From Chara braunii (taxonomy: Eukaryota > Plantae > Charophyceae), in assembly GCA_003427395.1 (NCBI GenBank), contig BFEA01000007.1, positions 6,297,115-6,361,114 of the forward strand: a stretch of DNA of 64,000 nucleotides, given 5' to 3'. Each line of letters starts with the position of its first letter. Within the stretch, counting starts at the first letter, position 1. Below, one piece after another: positions 12,794 through 23,133 of the stretch. The translations under genes were made by a program, and so were the position numbers. The notes below the pieces were generated by a model. It had not been told where the DNA came from. It made no database searches and saw only the letters and a program-made list of their open reading frames with translations.

Positions 12794-13345
12794 TTGATTG
12801 ATAGGCGGATAAAGTCGGAAGAAGTAAAAGGTAAAACGACTGAGGCGCATCTTAAAGTCACCGCAATAATCTTCGTCGAGCCAGGGGCTTGGGCAAAGGT
12901 TGTTGTACCCCTGGTCTTAGGCCAAGTGGGTGGCCTGGACCTATTGATCCAAGAAGTAAGAGAAGTGAGGAGAAGGTGGATAGTTAGGACCCGGAGGGGA
13001 TTTAGCTTTGTGGCGATAAAGGCAGAAAGGTTCGCTCGGGCAGGAGAGCTCCCGAGGGCGAGTTATCCAGTAATCACAAGGGCCCCAGGTTTTGTGTTCT
13101 CGAGCACGGACGAGGATAGGATAGTAAAGCTCTTGGAGAGAGGAAGGAGTTTAGGCCTACCATTTAGGGCCCTGTGGGTACTGTACACTCACTATATCGA
13201 CCAGGGAATTCCTTCGCGAGGGAAACTCTGGGGTATTTTTAGGAGGCTTGGGTCTCTGGAAAAGTCTGTCGCCCTCTCGCCTGAGAAGTACCGCGAGTGG
13301 GTCTTCAAAACAACATCGGTAGATGGTAAGGTTTGCGCTCAGTGA
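12794..13345 (+). CDS. Accessory ORF A, unknown family (paralogue of B, C, F); no ATG start
   Basis: Open 183 codons that align by eye to ORF B (LKVTAIIFVEPGAWAKV / LEVQATVFLGEGSWTEV; FARAGELPRAS / FAELGEVPRAS). Confidence 0.7.
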   Translation: MIDRRIKSEEVKGKTTEAHLKVTAIIFVEPGAWAKVVVPLVLGQVGGLDLLIQEVREVRRRWIVRTRRGFSFVAIKAERFARAGELPRASYPVITRAPGFVFSSTDEDRIVKLLERGRSLGLPFRALWVLYTHYIDQGIPSRGKLWGIFRRLGSLEKSVALSPEKYREWVFKTTSVDGKVCAQ

Positions 13346-14057
13346 AAACGGAGTGGCAGAAACGATACAGGTCGGTAACGGAGGCCAGGTCTTGATCCCT
13401 GAGGATCCCCGCGTAACTCCTTACTGGATGAGTGTTGAGAAGGGAGAGAACATCGGAGAAGGTGCTTACGCGTGGGTCCGAGCTCGTCGACTCACCTGGA
13501 AGGAAGGGGTGCAAAGGGGAGGTCCGCCTCACTTAGGACGGTTCCTAGAGGTCCAGGCTACGGTATTCCTCGGCGAAGGTTCGTGGACTGAAGTTTGGAA
13601 GGGTTTAGTGACCGACCTAGAGATTCATACGGAATACCTTGAGTCCGCGAGGAAGATAGCGAGCGAACTAGTACTAGGCAGTTACGAGGAAGGGACCTTC
13701 GAGTCGTGGACGCAAGTGTCCTTCGCCGAGCTGGGTGAAGTCCCCCGAGCTTCCAAGGTGCTCCACGCAGCCTTGCCTGAATTCCTAGTGCGATTGCTCC
13801 TACGGGACCCGGAAGGGAGAGTGATAGAACAACTCCGAACCGCACAACGATCCGGGGTGCGGACGCAAGGGCTATTTTGGCTTTACACTTGGTGTGTCGA
13901 CGCTGGGGCTCCCCATAGGAGAGAGCTAGCACCTATATTCGAAAGGTTAAGGGAGTTTGAGGAGGTGAGAACTCACGTTGCTGACGTCCCGTACGCCCGC
14001 CTCTTTGGGGAAGAGCAAGTGGCTAACTGGAGGGCGTACGAGGATCGGACGAGGTGA
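13323..14057 (+). CDS. Accessory ORF B, unknown family, 244 aa
   Basis: Intact ATG-to-stop ORF with globular-protein composition. Overlaps A by 23 nt and ends in a TGATG overlap with C. Confidence 0.8.
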   Translation: MVRFALSENGVAETIQVGNGGQVLIPEDPRVTPYWMSVEKGENIGEGAYAWVRARRLTWKEGVQRGGPPHLGRFLEVQATVFLGEGSWTEVWKGLVTDLEIHTEYLESARKIASELVLGSYEEGTFESWTQVSFAELGEVPRASKVLHAALPEFLVRLLLRDPEGRVIEQLRTAQRSGVRTQGLFWLYTWCVDAGAPHRRELAPIFERLREFEEVRTHVADVPYARLFGEEQVANWRAYEDRTR

Positions 14058-14782
14058 TGATAAGGGGAATTCTCGGGACTCTTTGGGCCTCGATAGAGCC
14101 TATAGAAGAGGCAGGGGAGGTTGTCCACATCACGTTACCAAAGGTGAGCCTGGAGGGTCCGACGAGAACCATTCGAGGGAAAGTATCTGAAATCCGCCGA
14201 GGGAAGGCGTTCGTTCGGTTGTCAATGAGTAGCGAGGAGGGGTTGGTGATCGGGAAAGCCAAGATATTCCTTTTGAAGGAGGGTCTCCTGGAGATAGTCG
14301 AGAGTTTGAAATTGGGGGAAGACCATCTCTTATACGCGGAGGCTGTACGAGAGCGTCTAGAGAGGTTACTGGAGGAGGTGAGGCCTCGAGAGAGGTGCCA
14401 GAGGATATATCGAGTGACGTACGCGGGTTGGGAAGAGGTACCGCTATTTGTCGACAGTAACCCCGTGGGAGTCCCTCGTTTCATCCTTGAGCGGGTCTAC
14501 CCCTCCAAAGCGGTCAAGAGGGTAGTAGAGCGGAGGATCTCGATCTTGAACCAATTTCGGTTCACCGGATCGGACCTGCACGCCCTGCTATCGTGGTGCC
14601 TTCGAAACCCGTACCAGGACAATTGGTCGTCACTTGAGGACTTGGGCTACGCCTTCGAAGGCTGGGATCAACACGTGAAGGTGTCGACCATTTTGTGGAG
14701 GTACTTGGGGAAGATCTGTGAGGCGGGGTTAGAAGGACTGGACCCATCGGATCTCATTCGGATTGCGATTGCGTGTCGGTGA
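14057..14782 (+). CDS. Accessory ORF C, unknown family, ~241 aa
   Basis: Intact ORF. VTYAGWEEVP...VPRFI and LHALLSWCL match B's VSFAELGEVP...LPEFL and LFWLYTWCV. Confidence 0.8.
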   Translation: MIRGILGTLWASIEPIEEAGEVVHITLPKVSLEGPTRTIRGKVSEIRRGKAFVRLSMSSEEGLVIGKAKIFLLKEGLLEIVESLKLGEDHLLYAEAVRERLERLLEEVRPRERCQRIYRVTYAGWEEVPLFVDSNPVGVPRFILERVYPSKAVKRVVERRISILNQFRFTGSDLHALLSWCLRNPYQDNWSSLEDLGYAFEGWDQHVKVSTILWRYLGKICEAGLEGLDPSDLIRIAIACR

Positions 14783-14795
14783 AGGAACTTGAGGC

Positions 14796-14990
14796 ATGAG
14801 CGAGTCTGACACCAGAGAACTAGTGAGACTAGAGAGGGTGAGGGCAAAAGTGTATAGAATTCTGACCCTTTGCTAGGAAGAGGGAAGAAGGCCAAGGCCA
14901 GGATCTTTCTACAAGATCAAATTACTTGAGACCACTACAGTTGAGATCTTCGACGAATTGAAGGAGGAGCTGCTCTCGGGAGGAAGATAG
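14796..14990 (+). pseudogene. Accessory small ORF D (65 codons, one internal stop)
   Basis: MSESDTRELVRLERVRAKVYRILTLC*EEGRR...ELKEELLSGGR*, followed by gcATG of the next ORF. Confidence 0.5.
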
Positions 14991-14992
14991 GC

Positions 14993-15469
14993 ATGAGAGT
15001 TACCCTCGCCTTTGACTCGATAGCCTAGGAATAAGAGACGCGGGACGTCGGCCCCGAGGTCGAGGTAGAAGTGGGGGTGGAACTTAGCCCGGGTCTCGGA
15101 GAGAACCAGAAGGCTCGAGCTAAGAAGGAATTCCTTGTCGAGATCCGACGGTTAGCTTTGTGGAAGAGGAGATCTTTGAGCGCGTTAGCGAAGTTTTTGG
15201 TTTTTGTTAGTAAGGCGGGGGAAGTGCGGTTCTCTAGGACTTGGTGAGAACCCTTGCTTGGGGTCGAGAGAAAGTTTGAGGAGGACTCTAGGTGGCTCGG
15301 GTCTCCCTTCGAAGCCAGGTTGTACCTAATTGAGGCCCGTTTCTGGGATAGGACGGGAGAATACGAGAAAGCATTGCAAAAGACGATTCTCGACCAAGGC
15401 GAGAGAGCGCGAGGGAGGTGTGAGGATTCGTTAGCAGAATTGGCCGAGAGATTAGCCCGGGTAAGGTAG
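14993..15469 (+). pseudogene. Accessory ORF E (~158 codons, three internal stops)
   Basis: ATG at 14993 is in frame with the 15254-15469 ORF. Each stop is one transition from a sense codon. Confidence 0.6.
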
Positions 15470-15471
15470 GC

Positions 15472-16309
15472 ATGTCAATGATTAGATACAGTAGGGGGAG
15501 CCATGTCGGGACCTTGGAGAGGGCTTGGAAGTCGGGGGCTAGGTATGCAGTAACCCTCCCCAAGATTAGGGAGGTAGGGAAGGCCATTACGGAGTTCTTC
15601 AAGATCTACGGGCAGGAAACGATAGTTCATTTTTCAATAATTTTTTAGGGAGGTACCCGCACGCGAAGGGCAAAAATTTGACTGTCTCACGACGATAGGC
15701 AGTTCTTTGCGACCGAGTTAGCGGAAGGAAAGCCCTAGACCGGCTAAGGGGGTTGAGAGGGGGTGCCGCCGAAGGACGCGTGGTAGATAGGGTTGGGTAC
15801 CGAGGGAGGCTAGAGGTCCTTAGGGCGGCTCACGGCCGGACCTGGGAAATTCCGGCTTGGGCGTACCGGTTGCTCTACCTCGATGACGCAGTTGTGATGA
15901 AGGTTCTAAATAGAGGATAAGTCGTTGAAAAATTTCCCCTAGAAGAGGAGAAGGGACACGAGTTATTCACCAGTGTTGGGAGTCGCGGGAGCATACGGAC
16001 TTCGAGTGGTGGGCGTTAGTAGGGGAGTTTATTAAGCCTCTGTTTAGAGGGCAAGCCGAAGAGGTGGATAGAGCTTTGATTAAGAGGTGTTCTCAAGAGG
16101 GGATTAGGGGCATCTCTGATCTAGAGATTGTCAGCCTAGCGTTAACTGCTTGCAAGGAGAAACGAGTACGCGACTCTTGGTGGACAGTGACCCGCGAAGA
16201 ATCTGAGGGTGATAGTGAGGAACGAGAATCAAGTGAAGGGGAGGAAAGCTCGGAAGAAAGTAACGAGGCGGAAGGACAGGAGAGTGACACTAGCGAGGAA
16301 AACGACTAG
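15472..16309 (+). pseudogene. Accessory ORF F, frameshifted paralogue of ORF C with an acidic tail
   Basis: MIR...VTLPKI vs C's MIR...ITLPKV; RVGYRGRLEV vs RVTYAGWEEV; KRCSQEGIRGISDLEIVSLALTAC vs KICEAGLEGLDPSDLIRIAIAC. Confidence 0.7.
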
Positions 16310-16327
16310 AGATTGGTGATAGGGTGC

Positions 16328-18680
16328 ATGGAAAGCGTGGTGGAGCATGAAATCGCCCGATCACCTAAGACCACTTACATGAGGCGAACCGAGGAGGATA
16401 CTGAGTTAGGGGCGAGATTAAGCAAGTCAACTGAAGGAGTGACCGAGGGGATGGAAGTTATTGGTAACGCCTTGAAGAGCACGGAGGCACCCCTCGGAGA
16501 GAGGACTATGGAATTGCGAGCGAGTTCCGAGGAGCGTTTGCATCGGGAAATAGAGCCATGAATACCAGTAAGAGAAAGGATGGCAGAAGCCACGAGGGGC
16601 TTCCCGAAGTTCCCGGTCGAAACTCGATGGGCGGGTCAAGTGGACGCAGAAGAGAGAGTCGGCGAAGTGCAGGAGTTCCTTCATGATAGGGTTGGGTGTT
16701 GGGCACCGAGGAGGGGCGAAGAAGGGAGCCTAAGGAGGAGGGAACTGGGAGACGAACGACCAACAGAAATTGGGGGAGGACCACAAAGGTGGGCCGGGAG
16801 AGAGACCGGCTCCGCATGGGTACAAGAGGAAGCAGTAGGAAGGAATGTGGGAGGATTCGGAGATGTCTGGAGGGGGTTTAGGGGCCAAGAACCCGTGCGT
16901 TGGGAACGCGAAGACCCGGGCAATAGAGGCCACCGTGAGGAAGAGCCGTGGGGACCTCCGAGAGCTCGAACACGGATGGAAGATCTGGATCCCGCTTGGT
17001 ACAAACCGGACGACCCAGTGATAGATGGCCGACTGAAGGTCCCTACTTCCATCGGTATGATGACCGGCGAGTCCTCTACTACGATGTGAACCTAGGACTA
17101 AAATCGCTCTACGTCAATGGAAGGGACGTGACCGGGTTCGTGGAGAAATTGGAAGAAATTTTCGGAGAAAGAATGGATCAACCATTTTATACAATATTCG
17201 GACCCTGAACTGGACCAGGCCATTAGGGCAATATACCCGGCAGATGGGAGGTGGAAAACCTTCAAGAGCAGCTTACTGCGGATCTTCGCATGTGACGACT
17301 TGATCCCTACGATAGAAGGGTTGCGTCGGGCCTCGAGGGGAGCAAGAGAGTCTGGTGGCGTTCACTCCGAGATTCAAACGCTTGTCACAAGCCTTGGTGG
17401 ATAGGGGGATGCTCTCGGAAGTAGACAGGTGTGTAATGTTCATCTTGCACCTACCCGAAGAAAAGAGGGAAGAAGTTCTCGAGAGGGCCCCAAGAGACTC
17501 GGCGAATTTCGAAAGAGTTGCCGAGGTGGTCTTTATGGGAGGGGGAATGGACGTGTGAGAGTATATGAAGGAAAGTCTGTACATGGCACTCCGAAGTATG
17601 TGTACTCAAAAAAACTATGGTCCTCGTGGGAACGATAGGCAGCCGTCTGGGCCTCCCGGCCAACGCTGGGGAGGTGGACCCTCACGTTGGCGGAACGAAT
17701 CCGCTAACCAAGGGAACTGGAGAAACGACCGAGAAGCTGGAGGGAGTCGGGTCTCGGAATGGGGGAGTTCCCACTGGAAGGATGCTAGAGATGGGAGATT
17801 GGGAGATCCTCCCCAGCCTAGGGCCGCAAGCGCTCAACCCGAGTTAAGCCAAGCTAGGACTTCATAGTCGTCCGGTCCTTCGACGACCATGGGGGCAACG
17901 CCCCAAGTAGGCCCGCGTCCTAGTAATCTGCCTCCTCAGAGCAGGTGTGTCTATTGCAATGAGGGTGGTCATGTCAAGCGGGAGTGTCCTCAGCTCACGG
18001 AAGCCCTAAGGTTAGGGGTGGTAAAGTTGAATGAAAATAAGTAGGTTGTGTGGGGAGATGATGGAGAAGCGGTCTCCTTCTACCCCTCAATGAAGATAAA
18101 TGTGGACAAAAGGGTAGCCCTACAAGAGGCAAGACTGGGCAAGAAGCCAGAGGTTGGTGGGACCTCCGGCTCCTCCCGGGTCCAAATGACGGAGGCACCA
18201 GGAGGGGTGTCCATAAGGGAGCCGCAAGTGTCTAGCATCAAGTTCGTTCAGACCAAGCCTGAAGAAGAAGGATCGTGCCTGAGAGTGAGAACCCAAGTTG
18301 GGGCCGGACCGTCTAAGGGCAAGGAGAGCTCGACAGTGGACGGAGGGAAGAGGAGTGGCGACAACGGCCAACCAACGGTAGACGCAAGAACTACGGAGGA
18401 AAGGAAGGGGGAAGAGCCTACGTCGCCGAAATCACCTAGGAAGAAAGGGCCGAGGAAGTTCGAAATGAAGTGTACCTTGGACGAGATAGACATGGTTGCA
18501 CCCCTGCGGAGGACTCTAATGCAGCCAATGCAATGCACCCTTCTGGAGTATTTGGTGGCCAGCAAGAGCGCTAGAGACGAGCTCCTGAGCATCACTAGGA
18601 AGGTGAGAATCCCGCTCGNGGGAGGGCCTACAGTTCCTGGGGATGGACCCGCCAAGAAGGAGGTGCAGTCTTCTTGAATT
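16328..18680 (+). pseudogene. gag: gag, fragmented, with CCHC zinc knuckle
   Basis: Capsid-like NGRDVTGFVEKLE... and FTPRFKRLSQAL...; knuckle CVYCNEGGHVKREC at ~17946-17987. Multiple stops and frameshifts. Confidence 0.85.
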
Positions 18681-18699
18681 ACGATAGAAGAACTGTCGG

Positions 18700-21600
18700 C
18701 CAGTTTCTTCTCGGAGGAAGAGGCTAAAACATTCTATGTATTAGGGAGTGGCCAGCTCCAAGCCGTGGTGAGTGGGAAGAAGATGAGAGCCCTAGTGGAC
18801 AATGGGTCCGAATCTACCGTATGTCGAGACTCCATTTCGGGGGAGTTAGGGTTAGAAGTGGATAGAGGGGTATCCATGTCCATGGTAGTTGCGGACAACA
18901 AGCTCCAACCGGCGGAAGGCGTATGTAACAGCCCCTTGATTGAGGTCGCAGGAGTGGAAGCTACAATTCCGATTTTTCTCGGTGAAGGAGTGTTCTTCTG
19001 AGTTGATCCTCGGGAGAACTTGGCTGAGCGCAGTCCATGCTACCACGGTCGACCTTCCGGACGGGAGTCAGACCCTCTCAATTCAGAGTCCGGACGGAAT
19101 CCGAGTGGTTCTAAAGACGGTGGATGCTCAAGATGAGCGGAACCGAACCAGTATTCCAAGGAGGAAGGAAGCCCAGTCACGGGTATGCCAGGTCCGACTA
19201 GAAGAGTCACCCTTTGCCGAGAAGGAACCCCCGGGGGACCGGGTAGATGTCGAGGATGTTGGGGACCGAGTTATAATCGATGGGGTAGGATACGAGAAAG
19301 AGGACGAAGAAGAAGAATTCGGTGGGTGCGTAAGGCTGTCTTTTTTTCGGGAATCCCTATAGCTGGCAGAGGTAAGAAGCATAAAATCGTAGCGATAAAA
19401 ATGAAACCCGTTGCTGTCAGTCGGGATAGGACGGGGGAAACCTCGATATCGGAGGAGGAGATAGCCGATATCGTCCGGAAGCGGAAGGAGACCGAAGGGC
19501 AGAGAATTACGGCTGACAGGCTAGCAAAAATAGACATAGGGGATGGAAACCTCACGAAACAAGAGAAGGAATATGTGGCAATGACCCTAAGGGATTGCGA
19601 CAAGGCCATAGCCTTCGACGATTCGGAGAGAGGGAGGATCGACCCGAGGTATGCTAAGCCCACCTGGATCCATACGATCCCTCACGTACCTTGGAAAGAT
19701 AGACCCCAGTGGAAGTATGCGCAAAAAGAGAAGGAGGAGACAATGACCTTCATCAAAGAGAAGATAAAGACGTTTATCGCGGAGCCTTGTGAGAGTGCCT
19801 ACTCCAACAAATGGTTTTTTATGAGAAAAGGGGGTAGCAACAAACTAAGGTGGATCCAGAATCTCCAAAGGACCAACGCGGTCACCATAAGGGATGTGGG
19901 GTCGATACCTGAGGCGGATCTACTTGCGGAAGGTTCGGCAGGTCACTCAATCTACTCGATCTGCGATCTCTTCTCGGGCTATGATGAAATTCCGTTGGAT
20001 TACCGAGATAAACACATGACCGCGATGCACACACCTCTAGGGCTTAGTTCAAATGATGGTGGTACCGATGGGGTGGACGAACGGGGTAGCGGTGTTCCAA
20101 AGAGCCATGATCGTGGTCCTCAAGGAGTTCATACCGGATAAGGTAGAAGTCTTCCTTGACGACTTCCCTATAAAGGGGCCGGTCCAAAAGAATGAGACGG
20201 AAGTCTTCCCTGGAGTGAGGAAGTTCGTGGTACACCACATGATGGATATAAAGGAGGTCCTTGCGAAATTAGACGACGCCAACCTTACCGTAAGTGGAAC
20301 GAATAGTCGTTGGGGAGTATCGTCAATCAAGATATTGGGCTTCATCTGTGACAAGGATGGGCGGAGGCCCGATCCCGCGAAATTAGAAAAATTGATGACC
20401 TGGTCGTCGCCGCTAAAATCCATCACGGAGGTTAGCCAGTTTTTAGGGGTGGTGGGCTACTGGAGGATCTTTATAAAAGGCTACAGCGAGAAGGCGGAGC
20501 CACTAAGGCGGCTGCTTAAGAAAGTTGAGGGATGGGTCGAGGAAGAAGAGCAGGTCACGGCCATGGAAATCCTTAAGGACGAATTCTGAGAGGGGAGGCA
20601 AGTCCTAAGCGTTCCGTTCTTCGAGGACGAGGAGAACCACCCGTTTATTGTATCTACGTATGCGGGGTCATACTTCGTAGGGGGGCTTCTGTCGCAAAGG
20701 GATGGAGACGGGAAAGAAAGACCCCTGCGTTTTGAGAGTCGGGCCTTAAATCCCGCCGAGAGGAACTACAACCAATTCAAGAAAGAAGTGTTGGGGGTGT
20801 TGCACTGCCTAAAGACCTTCCGCCACTACATCTACGGGAGGCGGTTCCTCCTAAGAATAGAGCCAACCGCAGTAGCTACCACCCTCCAAAAGGACTTCTC
20901 ACTAACTGACCCGACTATTGCTAGGTGGATTATCCATATCAGGCTCTACGATTATAGGGTCGAAAGAATATCCAGGGACGAAAACCAAGTCGCGGACGCC
21001 TTGTCCAGACTTCCCATCCGAGAAGAGGACTACCCAAAGTTGGAGGAAGTAACGATGTCAACGGCCAAGGACGAGACCCTCCATATTGCCGCTAACAAGG
21101 TGCAGGTGGCGGTGACCGTCCAAGATAAAGAAGAGGGCCCTAGGACGTTCCTCGCTAACCTTTACGACGAAAAATATTGTGATATTGGGTTATACCTGAC
21201 AGGTCGGGAAAAGGGCACCGAAGTAGTCAAAAGGGAGGCTCTCGGGTATTGCCTATGAGGAGGCCACCTCTTTAAGAGGCCCACCAAGTTTGCGATTCCC
21301 ATGAGGGTGCTTTGCGATCCGGAAGAAAAGAGGGCGGTCATAGAAGATTTGCATGACGGTGTCGCCGGAGGACATAGGGGGGTAAAAAGGACTTTTGATA
21401 AGGTCCGTAGCCTCTATTGGTGGGACGGGCAGTACAGAGAAGTCGAGAAGTATTGTTCGACCTGTGAGGCTTGCCAAAAGAGGGCGACAGTTCGCTACAA
21501 GGAGCCCCTAGTTCCGTCTATCCCCAGCGTACCGGGCGAGAAGGTCCATATAGACTTGGTAACCATGCCTAAGGGCGTCGGCAGACTTCGGTACATAATC

Positions 21601-22477
21601 AACGTCCACGACGACCTCACTGGATTCGTGGAAGCTAAGGTCATTAAGAAGAAGAAGACCGAGGAGGTGAGTGACTTTCTCTTAGAGTACATCACACGGT
21701 ACGGCTGTGTCGGAAAGATAGTGATGGATAGGGGTTCCGAGTTCTTAAGTCAAAAGGTCAAGGTGATATTGGAGAAAGCGGGGATTAAGGCGGCCTACAT
21801 GACCGCCTATAACCCCCAAAACAACGCCCCGGTCGAAAGAGGTCACCAAACGCTTGTAGATGTCTTAGCAAAGTGGTGCAAGGGGCGCACGGAACAGTGG
21901 CTAAAGTACTTGCGCTATGTAGTTTGGGCCGACAACATCACGGTCAAATCAAGTACGGGGTCCTCCTTACACGCTTTGGTTTGGCAGACACTGCCCCCTG
22001 CCCATCGAATTCCACGTTGACACTTGGACGAGTGTCTCGTGGAAGACCAACATGACAAGCGGGGAATTGTTAGAGGCGAGGATACAACAAATAACTGAAA
22101 ATCTTGACGCCGGACTTACCAAGGTCGGGAAGAACATCGAGAAGGAGAGGGTGAAAGGAAAAGAAAGGTGGGACAAGAATTTGCGGGTCCGACAAAGGCC
22201 GATAGGGACTAGTGACCTCGTCCTAATGTACGACTCGTCGCTAGAAAAGACTTGGAGCAGAAAACCAGCCAACTGATGGATGAGGCCGTACCGAGTCCTA
22301 AAGAGGTTGGATGGGGGAGCATACCTACTCGCCGAATTAGATGGGACTAGATTACGAGACCCTATCGCAGGGCCTCGTCTCAAACTTTTCAGATGGCGAG
22401 GAACCCCGAGGGAGGAACCAAAGAGGAAAGGGAAGGAAGCGGTCGACGCGGAGGTGACCGTCACTCATGAGAATTGA
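18700..22477 (+). pseudogene. pol: pol (aspartic protease, RT, RNase H, integrase), fragmented
   Basis: PR ALVDNGSE. RT YSICDLFSGYD, PMGWTNG, FLDD. RH RPLRFESRAL..ERNYNQFKKEVL, NQVADALSR. IN HHCC (LHDGVAGGH...CSTCEAC), HIDL, MDRGSEF, VERGHQT. Confidence 0.95.
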
Positions 22478-23133
22478 GAGACTTCGAAACAGGGGGCTTT
22501 TTCCCGACCACCAAAGAGACGGTACAAAGTTCGGAAACCTCCCCTGCCAAAGACCCCTAGGAGAAAGAAACGGCCTAGGGAAGATGACAGTGATACCAAC
22601 CAATAAGGGAAGCACAGGATGAGAGAGAAAAGGAGTGCTTCGAGGAAAGCCTTGAGAGTCAAACGCGCGAGAGAGGAGAGGAAACGAAACTGAGAGAGGC
22701 GAGAGAGAAGGATGAGAAGGCGGAGAGCGTTGGAGACAAGTATAAAATTCCTTGGAGAAAAGGGGGGGCATTGTACCATAATTAGAGAAGACATATATCA
22801 TAGTTCCAAAAAGGAATGTTGTACCATAGTTGGAGGAAACATATATTATAGTTCCAAAAGGGAGGCTGTACCATAGTTAAGAAAAACACGTATCATAAGG
22901 TAGGAGGCTAAGGGGGAATGTGCCATAATAAGGCAATGCGGTCTAGAAACCAAAAGTCCAGTAAGAAAGGGAAACGAGAGATGAATGTAATCTAACAAAA
23001 AGGGGGGGCGGTAATTCGAGTCATGAGAAAGGGAAAAAATACGTCAAAGGGACCAATAGGTGTGGGGCGGGGGTTAAGAAAAGGGCCACGGAAAAGCTCG
23101 CCGGGGACGGTGAGAATCGGGGTGCGGGCTGGT

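Noticed and set aside
22480-23130. env-like ORF or chromodomain after integrase
   Set aside because: No such ORF or motif is visible despite the Athila-type PBS.
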